Source: Candidatus Aminicenantes bacterium (lineage in GTDB: Bacteria; Acidobacteriota; Aminicenantia; Aminicenantales; Aminicenantaceae). From it: 46,060 nt of DNA. Made by a program: the position numbers and the translations under genes. The notes below the pieces were generated by a model, which was not told where the DNA came from, did not search any database, and saw only the letters and a program-made list of their open reading frames with translations. Below, piece after piece: positions 17,031-25,886 of the stretch. The stretch lies in contig JAUWTO010000003.1 of assembly GCA_030614685.1 (NCBI GenBank), positions 1 through 46,060 of the forward strand. Direction: 5' to 3'. How positions within the stretch are numbered: the first letter of the stretch is position 1; each line of letters starts with the position of its first letter.

Positions 17031-18017
17031 GTGAAAACAATGCCATCACTCGAAGCCGTGCACGAAGTCAGGGGGAAGCGCTTCCTGTTTGCGGTAGAGA
17101 CCTCTGACCGAGGAGTGGACTACCTGAAATACGAGCGCCTGCGAATGGATATCTGGAAGGATCCGGCCGACCACCTCGCTGGCGCCCGGAACCTGGTGAG
17201 CGAGAATTTCCTCTATGACGGGGCAAGCCTGTTCATCGCCGTGTACGAGGAGGACCGGCTCGGGCAGTTCGAGAGGGACGATGTGCATCTGGCCGCGTTC
17301 GCCTACGGGTATGTTGGGGTGGATGACAAGATCGTCGCCTTCCGCAAGCAGGAAAACCTGATCTTCTACTCTCAGTATGCGGCCGTGCGTCCGGACCTCC
17401 AGAGCAGAGGCCTGGGGATTCTGCTGAAGGAGTTCCAGCGCGAACAGGTGAGCGAGCGCCTGGGCGTGCGAGTCATCACCTGCACCTTCGACCCCCTGGC
17501 CGGCGTCAATGCTTACCGCAACATTCACATCTTCGGGATGGAGGTCCGGGCCTATAAAGACGCCTACTACGAGGATTTCTCCGGCCTCTTGAACAGGATG
17601 GATGTCCCCAGCGACCGGTTCCTGGTAGCCTGGGATCTGGACAAACCGCGCGGCCGAGAACGGTCGGAGGTCGACCTCCCGGGCCTTCTGTTGGCCGGTG
17701 CCGAGTGTTTGCTCACGGAGCCGGCCCGGGTCCCGGGGAAACACGCGGAGCTGGACCTGAGGGTGGCCAGAGCGATGAGGCCGGGGCCGATACCGGATCC
17801 GGCCCTGATCGAGGTCCCCTTTGATTTCTACACCATGCTCAGGGAGACGGACGTCGCAGACCATCAGGTCCGGCAGATCCCCATCGCCTGGAGGGAGGTC
17901 TCCCGCCGTGCTTTCCATACCTTGTTTGACGCCGGCTACAGGGTCATCGATTTTCGGTATCTGAAGAGTGATGGGGAAAAACGGGATTTTTATGTGTTGA
18001 GCAATAAACAAGTCTGA
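17031..18017 (+). CDS. GNAT family acyltransferase
   Basis: YSQYAAVRPDLQSRGLG acyl-CoA motif A, TFDPLAGVNA..N, PSDRFLVAW. Confidence 0.85.
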   Translation: MKTMPSLEAVHEVRGKRFLFAVETSDRGVDYLKYERLRMDIWKDPADHLAGARNLVSENFLYDGASLFIAVYEEDRLGQFERDDVHLAAFAYGYVGVDDKIVAFRKQENLIFYSQYAAVRPDLQSRGLGILLKEFQREQVSERLGVRVITCTFDPLAGVNAYRNIHIFGMEVRAYKDAYYEDFSGLLNRMDVPSDRFLVAWDLDKPRGRERSEVDLPGLLLAGAECLLTEPARVPGKHAELDLRVARAMRPGPIPDPALIEVPFDFYTMLRETDVADHQVRQIPIAWREVSRRAFHTLFDAGYRVIDFRYLKSDGEKRDFYVLSNKQV

Positions 18018-18273
18018 GAAGAGAGAGGGCGGCCATAACAAACAAAACGATCATACACTTCGCCTGACTGTCCGGACCGAGCCGCACCGGCATTTCTGTT
18101 GCCTAAAGTGTAAAAATGTTGTAGATATTGAGAACGAGGACACGCCCGCTCGCGAACTCGAAGGCCATCGAGCCAAGGGCTGCCAGGTTTACTTGCATGG
18201 CGTGAGTACTGACTGCTGCCGTTCATTGAACGGTTGATATTTTACATTATTATACTTGAAGAAGGAGAATTGA

Positions 18274-18795
18274 ATGTCTGAGATCACCAAGCAGATCGAG
18301 AATGCCATCATCGGAGCCATTCGGCTGGAGGTCAACGGCCGCAAGTTTTTCAACCATGCCGCCGAAATGACCGAACATGAGAAAGGGAAAAACATGTTCA
18401 AGTTCCTTGCGGAGGAAGAGGTCAAGCATCTCGAGACCTTCAGCAAGCTGTTCAGTGAGATCCTGGACGGTGATGACTGGAAAAAATACATAAAGAGCAG
18501 CGACATGGAAGGCGAGGCGCCGCTGGTGGAGAGGCTGAAGGAGCGCCTGAAAAGCGGAGAAGGCAAAGGCGAGACCGAGGCCCTCAGCATCGGCATGCAG
18601 CTGGAGATGGAAGCGATCCAGTTCTTTCAGAAGGCGGCGGCGGAAACAGATGACCCGGTGGCCCGCAAGATATTCCGGGACATTGGCGAAGAAGAGAAAT
18701 TCCACTACGATCTCCTGCAGGCCCAGCACGATTCAGTGACCAATTCGGGATTCTGGCTGGACGGCGCCGAATTCCAGATGGATGGGAAGTGGTAA
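18274..18795 (+). CDS. ferritin-like di-iron protein (rubrerythrin family, no rubredoxin domain)
   Basis: AIRLE..GRKFF, EEEVKH, MQLE..AIQFF, EEEKFH; SD AAGGAG. Confidence 0.9.
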   Translation: MSEITKQIENAIIGAIRLEVNGRKFFNHAAEMTEHEKGKNMFKFLAEEEVKHLETFSKLFSEILDGDDWKKYIKSSDMEGEAPLVERLKERLKSGEGKGETEALSIGMQLEMEAIQFFQKAAAETDDPVARKIFRDIGEEEKFHYDLLQAQHDSVTNSGFWLDGAEFQMDGKW

Positions 18796-18809
18796 ACTGA
18801 AGCCGTTTT

Positions 18810-18826
18810 TGTAAAGATATTTTACA
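18810..18826. promoter_or_regulatory. palindromic operator TGTAAA-N5-TTTACA (putative enhancer-binding protein site)
   Basis: Perfect inverted half-sites about 70 bp upstream of a -24/-12 promoter. Related sites at 23363 and 23383. Confidence 0.6.
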
Positions 18827-18897
18827 TATTTTCCTTTTTGTGTTATCCTATCCATGACTCACCCCTGGAAATCCGAGGGTGGACCCTGGGTTCATGG

Positions 18898-18913
18898 TGG
18901 TATGAAACTTGCT
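18898..18913 (+). promoter_or_regulatory. sigma54 -24/-12 promoter of the SBP-HK-activator operon
   Basis: TGGTATG-aaac-TTGCT, correct GG-N10-GC spacing. Confidence 0.7.
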
Positions 18914-18955
18914 CCTGAAAAACCCCTGAACCATGCACCGATAATTGGATAGACA

Positions 18956-20551
18956 ATGCACATCAAGCTACCGCTCTTACTGCTTTTTTTCACCTTCATC
19001 GCAGGGGCGTCGCCCCAGCTTTCCGAGGAGGTCAGCGATCCGGTCGTAGTGTTCAACTCGGCTTCCCAGAACATCTTCCGTCTCAAGGCTTTTGGTGAGA
19101 GCTTCGAGGTCCAGCTGGATCCTATCCACCCCGACGCCACTGTTTTTGTCTCGGAGCAGCTCTTCGATGGTCTGGTGACCCTGGATTCCGAGCTGAATCC
19201 CGGGCCCGCCCTGGCAGACTACTGGTACAAGGACCCCCAGGGCCTCTTCCACCGCTTCATGCTGCGCAAGGGTGTTCGGTTTCATCACGGCGAGGAGCTT
19301 ACTGCCGAGGACGTGAAATTTTCCCTGGAACGAATCCTGGATCCGGCAAACGCATCGCCCTATGCCGAGTACTTCCTGGACCGTGTGGTCGGGGCCCGGG
19401 AATTCAACTCCGGAAAGGCGAGGGAGGTCACTGGATTTAGGGTCGTGGACAGCCTTACGTTTCAGATCCGGTGGACGAGACCCTATGCCATGGCACTTTC
19501 TCTGCTGAGCATGCCTTTCTGCAAGATCCTGCCGCGGGACCGCGTCCTGGAGCAGGAGAGGGGCTTTTTTCAGAAACCGGCCGGCACGGGACCCTTCATG
19601 TTCGAGGAGTGGGTCAGGGACAACCGCCTGGAGATCGTGGGCGTGCGTCTTGCCAGGAATCCGGGATATTTCGGCGGGATCCCCCACATCGAATATGTGG
19701 AATTCTGTCCCTATTACCAGCTGGATGACTTCATGCAGGGGAAGATCCACGCCATTCCTGTGGAGTCGGAGAGACTGCTCCAGGGGGATTATCAGGTCTT
19801 CCGAGACGGATCCATCCATCCGTTTTTCCTGGGGATGAGCTGCCATATCGCGCCGCTGGACGACCCCCAGGTCAGGCGGGCCATCGCACTCGGCATCGAC
19901 AAGCCGGAGATCGTGCGGGTCACACACGATGTGAGATATCACAGGCAGCTGCTGCACGGCTTCATCCCCTCCAAGCTGCCCGGCTTCTTCCTGACCGATG
20001 AATTGAACACCTACAACGTTCAACAGGCCCAGGAGATGCTGGAGGGAGCGGGGCTGACCCAGGAAAAATTCCCCGAACTCACGCTGCTCCTGGAGGAGCC
20101 CCGCACCGATTTCAAGCACCTCCTCTTTGTTGAGCTGCGCCGCCAGATGAGGGCTTTGGGGATTGATCTGAGGGAAGAATATTACCGCAGGATCGAGCAG
20201 GTGAGGAATTTCCGGAGACCCTACCTGATGCTGAGCTCTCTGCGGCTGGATTTTCCCGGCCCCGAGGCTATCATCCGCCCTCTCTTCTCTTCGAATGCTC
20301 CGGAAAACCTGTGCCGCTACAGCAATCCCGAGCTTGACGGCCTGCTGAGGACCGCAGATCTGGAAAAGAGCTGGAATGTCCGCAGGGATCTTTTTGTGCA
20401 GATTCAGAAGCTCCTCAACACAGATATGCCGGCCGTACCCCTGTTCACGCAGCAGAACCAGGTGGCCGTGCAGCCCTTTGTGCGGGGGATCAAAAATCAA
20501 TCCCTGGGATTCTACTATATCAAGATGAAAAACGTCCGAGTGGAGAGATAG
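18956..20551 (+). CDS. family 5 (OppA/DppA-like) solute-binding protein with no adjacent ABC permease
   Basis: Signal peptide, LDP, LFDGLV, LRKGVRFHHG.ELTAEDVKFSLER, GTGPF, VRRAIALGID, YSNPELD. Confidence 0.9.
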   Translation: MHIKLPLLLLFFTFIAGASPQLSEEVSDPVVVFNSASQNIFRLKAFGESFEVQLDPIHPDATVFVSEQLFDGLVTLDSELNPGPALADYWYKDPQGLFHRFMLRKGVRFHHGEELTAEDVKFSLERILDPANASPYAEYFLDRVVGAREFNSGKAREVTGFRVVDSLTFQIRWTRPYAMALSLLSMPFCKILPRDRVLEQERGFFQKPAGTGPFMFEEWVRDNRLEIVGVRLARNPGYFGGIPHIEYVEFCPYYQLDDFMQGKIHAIPVESERLLQGDYQVFRDGSIHPFFLGMSCHIAPLDDPQVRRAIALGIDKPEIVRVTHDVRYHRQLLHGFIPSKLPGFFLTDELNTYNVQQAQEMLEGAGLTQEKFPELTLLLEEPRTDFKHLLFVELRRQMRALGIDLREEYYRRIEQVRNFRRPYLMLSSLRLDFPGPEAIIRPLFSSNAPENLCRYSNPELDGLLRTADLEKSWNVRRDLFVQIQKLLNTDMPAVPLFTQQNQVAVQPFVRGIKNQSLGFYYIKMKNVRVER

Positions 20552-20560
20552 GGCAACGAA

Positions 20561-22024
20561 ATGGCCGTGTATATCTCTTTACGCACTCGCCTGGCGCTCT
20601 GGGTGATCTTTCTGCTCCTCGCCCAGGTGGTTTTGGTCCTGTTCGTGATCCAGCGGCAGGAGGTCGTCGCCATTGAGCAGGAGCAGAGGGAGAAGGGCCT
20701 GGTCCTGGCCAACAGCATCATCCAGGAGAACACCCCCCTTCTGGTGCGGTTCGATTACGACGCCCTTAAGGAAAACCTCGATGCCCGGATCGATGATATG
20801 CTGGTCTATATCATCTTCTATAATCGTTTCAACATGCCGGCCGCGGGCAATGACTTCATCGTCGGATTCGATGACATCTATCAGTTCACCAATCTGGGGG
20901 AGGATCTTACTGACAGGGAGGCCGTCGTCCGGCGGCATCAGCTGCGGGATGCCGAGCACAACCCCCTGGTCGATGTGCTCGAGATCGAGATCCCTATTTT
21001 CCTGCGGGATGTGAGCGATCGTTGGGGTTCCGTGAAGCTGGGACTTTCTCTGGATGAGATGCATGCCGAGGTGCGGCGCACGAGCATGCTGCTGCTGGGG
21101 ATCGGGGTCCTGGGTCTCCTGATCGGGATCATCGGTGCGACCTGGCTGGCTCGCAGGATCACGACGCCCCTCCAGAAACTCGTGGAGGGCACCAAACAAC
21201 TCAGCCGGGGAGATTTTTCCCTCCAGATCGACATCGATTCCCAGGATGAAGTAGGAAACCTGGCCAGGAGTTTCAACGAGATGAGCAGCCAGCTCCAGCT
21301 GCTCCAGAAACGGATGGAGGAGGCGAACAAGCGCCTGATCCAGGTCGAGAAGCTGGCCTCCATCGGGCACATCTCCGCCGGTATCGCCCATGAGATCCGC
21401 AATCCTCTGACGGCTGTGAAGCTGAACATCCAGAAGATCAGCGCAAAAGAGAACCTGGACGAGGGGGACCTGGTCAACCTGGAGATTTCCCAGGAAGGCA
21501 TCGCCCAGATCGAGAAGTTCATCAAGGAGCTCCTGAATTATGCCCGGGTCTCCGAGCTCAATCTGGACTGGTTTGCCATGGACCAGATCATCGACGGATC
21601 CATCAAGATGATCGCCGATTCACTCGAGCTAAAGAATGTGACGATTGAAAAGCACTATGCCCCAGATATGCCCCAGGTGCGTGTGGATGCGGACAAGGTC
21701 CGTCAGGTCATTCTGAACATGCTGCGCAACTCCTGTGAGGTGGTCGATGTCGGCGGGAAGATCAAGGTCCGCATCGAGAAGGCCGACACGCCTTCCGGGC
21801 CCCGGCTGCGGACTTTGATCTCAGACAACGGCAGGGGCGTCCCACAGAAGGACTGGGAGAACGTGTTCGAGCCGTTCTACACCACCAAGGCCAGCGGGAT
21901 CGGCTTGGGCCTGGCCATCGCCCGCAAGATACTCGAACAGCACGACGGCACCATCCGGGTGAGAGCCCAGGAGGGCCGGGGCAGCTGCTTCGAGATCCTC
22001 CTCCCCTGTGAGAGTGAAACATGA
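20561..22024 (+). CDS. membrane sensor histidine kinase (2 TM, HAMP, HisKA, HATPase)
   Basis: DEVGNLARSFNEM HAMP, AHEIRNPL H-box, N box, DNGRG, FEPFYTTK, GIGLGL. Confidence 0.95.
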   Translation: MAVYISLRTRLALWVIFLLLAQVVLVLFVIQRQEVVAIEQEQREKGLVLANSIIQENTPLLVRFDYDALKENLDARIDDMLVYIIFYNRFNMPAAGNDFIVGFDDIYQFTNLGEDLTDREAVVRRHQLRDAEHNPLVDVLEIEIPIFLRDVSDRWGSVKLGLSLDEMHAEVRRTSMLLLGIGVLGLLIGIIGATWLARRITTPLQKLVEGTKQLSRGDFSLQIDIDSQDEVGNLARSFNEMSSQLQLLQKRMEEANKRLIQVEKLASIGHISAGIAHEIRNPLTAVKLNIQKISAKENLDEGDLVNLEISQEGIAQIEKFIKELLNYARVSELNLDWFAMDQIIDGSIKMIADSLELKNVTIEKHYAPDMPQVRVDADKVRQVILNMLRNSCEVVDVGGKIKVRIEKADTPSGPRLRTLISDNGRGVPQKDWENVFEPFYTTKASGIGLGLAIARKILEQHDGTIRVRAQEGRGSCFEILLPCESET

Positions 22025-23355
22025 AAACCATCCTGATCGTTGACGACGATCCCCTCATCCTGAAGACTCTGTCTTCGCATTTCACGAATAGCGGCTACGA
22101 GGTTTTGACTGCTGCGGACGGCAGAGAGGGCCTCCAAAAATATACCGATGCGATGCCTGACCTCGTCATCCTGGACATCCGCCTGCCCGATGTGGACGGC
22201 CTGGAAGCACTCAAGCGGATCCGGGGCATCGATCCGAAGGCCCTGGTCGTCATCATCACCGCCTTCGACGACATGAAGACCACAGTGGAGGCCATTAAAT
22301 CCGGCGCCTTCGAGTATCTGGTCAAGCCCCTGGATTTCCTGGAGCTGGATCTCACCATCAACAAAGCCTTCCAGGTCAGCAAGTTGGAGGGCAAGCTGCA
22401 TTACCTGGTCGAGGAGAAGCAGAAGGAATATACCATCGACAACATCATCGGCCGCTCCCCCCCAATGCGAGAGGTCTTCAAGCTGATCGGATCTGTGGTC
22501 AACAACCGGGCCAATATCCTGATCCAGGGAGAGAGCGGGACAGGCAAGGAGTTGTGCGCCAAGGCCATCCATTACAACAGCGCCAACAAGGACGAGCCGT
22601 TTATCGTCATCAACTGCTCAGCCATTCAGGACACTCTGCTCGAGAGCGAGCTGTTCGGCCATGTCAAGGGCGCCTTCACCGATGCGATCCAGGAGACCAA
22701 GGGCAAGTTCGAGATCGCCGGTAAGGGGACGCTGTTCCTGGATGAGATCGGAGACATCTCACCCAACCTGCAGTCCAAGCTGCTGCGGGTGATCGAGAGC
22801 CGGGACTTCATGAAGGTGGGAGGGGAGAAGGTCCTCACGACCGAGGCCCGCATCATCGCCGCCACCAACAAGGACCTGAAGACTCTGATCGAAGAGGGGA
22901 CGTTCCGGGAGGATCTGTACTGGCGGCTGAAGGTCGTGGAGATCAAGCTGCCTCCGTTGCGCGAACGCAAGGAAGATGTTCCCGAACTGGTGGGCTACCT
23001 GATGGAGAAGATCAACCGGGAGCTGCGCAAGAATGTGCGCAAGGTGCCGGATCATGTCATGAAAAAGCTGATCGCCTGGCCCTGGAAAGGCAATGTCCGG
23101 GAGTTGGAGAACGCCCTGACCCATGCCGCTATCCTGGCTAAGGGGGACATCATCCTGGAGGAAAACCTGCCCCTTGAAGGAGGCGACAAGAATCCCTATC
23201 CCCAGAAGCTGGTGGCCCTTAAGGAAGTGGAGAAGAGCTACATCCAGCATGTCCTCCAGATCGCCAAAGGGTCCAAGATCCAGGCCAGCCAGATCCTGGG
23301 GATCAGCCGCCCTACTCTGGACAAGAAGATCAAGGATTACCAGCTGGACGTCTGA
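22021..23355 (+). CDS. sigma54-dependent NtrC-family response regulator (REC-AAA+-Fis HTH)
   Basis: VDDD, LDIRLP, GESGTGKE, ESELFGH..GAFTDA, LFLDEIG, FREDLYWRL, WKGNVREL, C-terminal HTH. Confidence 0.96.
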   Translation: MKTILIVDDDPLILKTLSSHFTNSGYEVLTAADGREGLQKYTDAMPDLVILDIRLPDVDGLEALKRIRGIDPKALVVIITAFDDMKTTVEAIKSGAFEYLVKPLDFLELDLTINKAFQVSKLEGKLHYLVEEKQKEYTIDNIIGRSPPMREVFKLIGSVVNNRANILIQGESGTGKELCAKAIHYNSANKDEPFIVINCSAIQDTLLESELFGHVKGAFTDAIQETKGKFEIAGKGTLFLDEIGDISPNLQSKLLRVIESRDFMKVGGEKVLTTEARIIAATNKDLKTLIEEGTFREDLYWRLKVVEIKLPPLRERKEDVPELVGYLMEKINRELRKNVRKVPDHVMKKLIAWPWKGNVRELENALTHAAILAKGDIILEENLPLEGGDKNPYPQKLVALKEVEKSYIQHVLQIAKGSKIQASQILGISRPTLDKKIKDYQLDV

Positions 23356-23362
23356 ATCAGAA

Positions 23363-23399
23363 TGTAAAACCCTTTTACTTGGTGTAAAATTTATTTCCG
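23363..23399. promoter_or_regulatory. tandem putative enhancer sites
   Basis: TGTAAA-N5-TTTACT (23363-23379) and TGTAAA-N5-TTTCCG (23383-23399), 20 bp apart, 60-100 bp upstream of a sigma54 promoter. Confidence 0.6.
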
Positions 23400-23460
23400 A
23401 GTATTCTTATCTAAATGTTAAACTATCCCCTTTTTTCCCCTGGGAAGCCTTTTCTAAACT

Positions 23461-23476
23461 TGGCACGAAACCTGCA
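23461..23476 (+). promoter_or_regulatory. sigma54 -24/-12 promoter
   Basis: TGGCACG-aaac-CTGCA. Confidence 0.8.
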
Positions 23477-23514
23477 TGTATATAACTGTAAGTCAAATTG
23501 GAAGAGTGAAAACA

Positions 23515-23910
23515 ATGTCTATTAAAAAAGTACTCATCGTTGAAGACGAACCCACCATACGCAAGACCTTTACCGTGCTCCTGGAGAACCGGTATCGAGT
23601 CGTTGCCGTGGAGTCTCCCCGCGAAGCTCTGCAGCGCTTCCGCAAGTCCAAGATCGATTTGATCATAACAGACCTGAGGCTGCCTGAAATGAGTGGACTG
23701 GACCTGATCGAGCGGTTCCGTGCCTCGGGTTATGAGGGCGATGTCATCCTGATCTCCGGCTATCCGGAGGATGTGGATACCGATATCCTGCTCGACCTTT
23801 CCATCGGGTATTTCTTTGCCAAACCCCTGGATCTGGACGAACTGAACAATGCCATAGAGTATGTGCTGGACACACGGCTGTGGCATGAGAAACGCATAGC
23901 CAGTATCTAA
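23515..23910 (+). CDS. single-domain response regulator (CheY-like receiver)
   Basis: VLIVEDE, ITDLRLP, ISGY, FAKP. Confidence 0.92.
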   Translation: MSIKKVLIVEDEPTIRKTFTVLLENRYRVVAVESPREALQRFRKSKIDLIITDLRLPEMSGLDLIERFRASGYEGDVILISGYPEDVDTDILLDLSIGYFFAKPLDLDELNNAIEYVLDTRLWHEKRIASI

Positions 23911-23959
23911 CTCCCGGCGGCCTTTCCGCCGACTCGGGAGGAAAGGACGGATCTCGACA

Positions 23960-24220
23960 ATGAATCCGGAGCGTTTTCCTACCTCGTGGGATGCCGAAGA
24001 TCAGAACCCGATTCCGGAATTTTTGGTAACTCTGCAGAACGAGTGTCTGATCGATCTCCTGTTCGAACGCCTGGAGAAGCGGCTGCTGGTTCGGATCCTG
24101 TCCATGAACCGCGGGGATCGTCAGAGGACAGCCGAATACCTGGAGATGGAGTACGCAGTCCTTTGCCAGGAGTTGAAGAAGCACCACCTCATCGTCCTTA
24201 AAGATCACCAAGACACCTGA
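23960..24220 (+). CDS. small stand-alone Fis-type HTH protein
   Basis: LEKRLLVRIL..NRGDRQRTAEYLEM....L...LKKH follows the HTH_8/Fis pattern. Confidence 0.65.
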   Translation: MNPERFPTSWDAEDQNPIPEFLVTLQNECLIDLLFERLEKRLLVRILSMNRGDRQRTAEYLEMEYAVLCQELKKHHLIVLKDHQDT

Positions 24221-24323
24221 TATCGATCCTCGGCATCCCCTCCTGCTGACAGATCAAATACTTGCTTCCCAGAGGACCTTCAGGGGTGTGAACCATCCCG
24301 TTATTTTGCTATGATATGCGGCG

Positions 24324-25886
24324 GTGTTTAACATGAGAGAGATGAGGTGTAAGCCGATTCCCGGCGGGCTCAGCGGCATTCTGATCGTGCTGGCGCTGTG
24401 TCTGAGCGGCGCCGGCGTTTTTCCCCTTTATGAGTTGAAACAGGCAGGCCCTGACCCTCCGGGTGAAGAAACCTGGATGGGGGTCTACATCAACGACGTC
24501 AAGGTCGGATACAGCCGCTTCTCGGAAAGCAGGGCAGTGAGGGAGGGGCAGGACGTCACGCTCCTCAGCAGCGAATCCCTGATAAAAGTATCCCGCTTGG
24601 GCGGGAATCCCATCGAGCTGCTGACGAGGCAGGAAACCTGGCTGGACGACGAGGATAGGCCTCTGGAAATCCGTGTATTGACCAAGATGTCCCAGACCGA
24701 GACTGTGATCCGGGCGGAGGTCCGGCCGGATACGGTGGTGTTTTATCTGGGAGACAGGATCGCCAAGGAGCTCCCTTATGTCGAAAGATTCCATGTCGAT
24801 GTACCCGTTCAGGATATCATCGAGACAAAGGGGCTGCACCCCGGTGCTTCCTACGAATTCAAGATCCTGGACCCCATGGCCTATGCGTTCTCTGAGTGCC
24901 GCTTTTTTGTCCGGGGAGAGGAGGACGTCCTGATCCTGGGCGAGAATAAACGGCTGTGGCATGTCACGACCGAATTGGATTCCCTCATCCCCATGGTAGT
25001 CGAGGAGTGGATCGACGGGACGGGTAAGGTTTACAAATCGGTGTCCCAGGTGGGATTTATGACGACGGCGGCTCTGTTGATGTCCAAAGAGAAGGCGCTG
25101 GAACCCGGAACCGAGAGCTTCGATATCGCGTTCTCGTCTCTCATAACCTCGAATGTGAGGCTGAAGCGGCCCCAGAACGTCCGGCGCATGCGCCTTAAGC
25201 TGTCGGGTCTCAGGGTGGACAAGCTCAAGAGGCTGCCGTGGGGCGAAGCCCAGGAGCTCCTCGAGGTCGGAGAGGATTTCGTCATCGTCGAAACCAGAAG
25301 CCGGATCTTCCGTGAAGAGCAGTCCCTGGCCCTGCCGATCCAGGCTGCGGATTGGCAGGATTCCCTGGCATCGACGGTGTTCTGTCAGGTTGATGATGCC
25401 GATATCCAGTCCGTCGCCCGCGAGGTTGTGGGGGAGGAGCGCAACGCCTGGCGTGCTGCCAAGAAGATCGCTGAGTGGATCGACCGTGAGATGGAGGCGA
25501 ACTATGACGTGGGATTCGCCTCCGCACGGGAGATCCTGGACAACCGCGAGGGGGACTGCAGCGAGCACACCGTGCTGTTCGTGGCGCTGTGCCGCGCGTC
25601 CGGAATCCCGGCCAGGGCTGTGGTGGGGATCATGTATGGGGGAGGGATCTTCGCCTATCACATGTGGCCCGAGGTCTTTGTGGGCGACTGGGTGGCTCTG
25701 GATCCCAAGTGGCTGGCCCTCGATCCCGAGACAGGGGAATATTTCACGGATGCCACCCACATCAAGTTCGGCCAGAGCAACCTGGATGAGAACATGTACC
25801 AGGAAATGGTCACTTCCATCTCCGAGATCATAGGCAAGCTCAAGCTTGAGGTGCTGAAGCATTCCGAGGACGGTGTATTGAGATGA
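24324..25886 (+). CDS. exported transglutaminase-like domain protein
   Basis: Signal peptide; Cys-His-Asp triad GDCSEH, YHMWPEV, WVALDP. Start could also be ATG 24333 or 24342. Confidence 0.88.
   Translation: MFNMREMRCKPIPGGLSGILIVLALCLSGAGVFPLYELKQAGPDPPGEETWMGVYINDVKVGYSRFSESRAVREGQDVTLLSSESLIKVSRLGGNPIELLTRQETWLDDEDRPLEIRVLTKMSQTETVIRAEVRPDTVVFYLGDRIAKELPYVERFHVDVPVQDIIETKGLHPGASYEFKILDPMAYAFSECRFFVRGEEDVLILGENKRLWHVTTELDSLIPMVVEEWIDGTGKVYKSVSQVGFMTTAALLMSKEKALEPGTESFDIAFSSLITSNVRLKRPQNVRRMRLKLSGLRVDKLKRLPWGEAQELLEVGEDFVIVETRSRIFREEQSLALPIQAADWQDSLASTVFCQVDDADIQSVAREVVGEERNAWRAAKKIAEWIDREMEANYDVGFASAREILDNREGDCSEHTVLFVALCRASGIPARAVVGIMYGGGIFAYHMWPEVFVGDWVALDPKWLALDPETGEYFTDATHIKFGQSNLDENMYQEMVTSISEIIGKLKLEVLKHSEDGVLR

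Noticed and set aside
18109-18247. Third enhancer plus sigma54 promoter upstream of the ferritin-like gene (TGTAAA-N5-TGTAGA at 18109, TGGCGTG at 18198, GATATTTTACAT at 18236)
   Set aside because: The -12 GC is missing and the palindromes are only half sites. Too weak to call.
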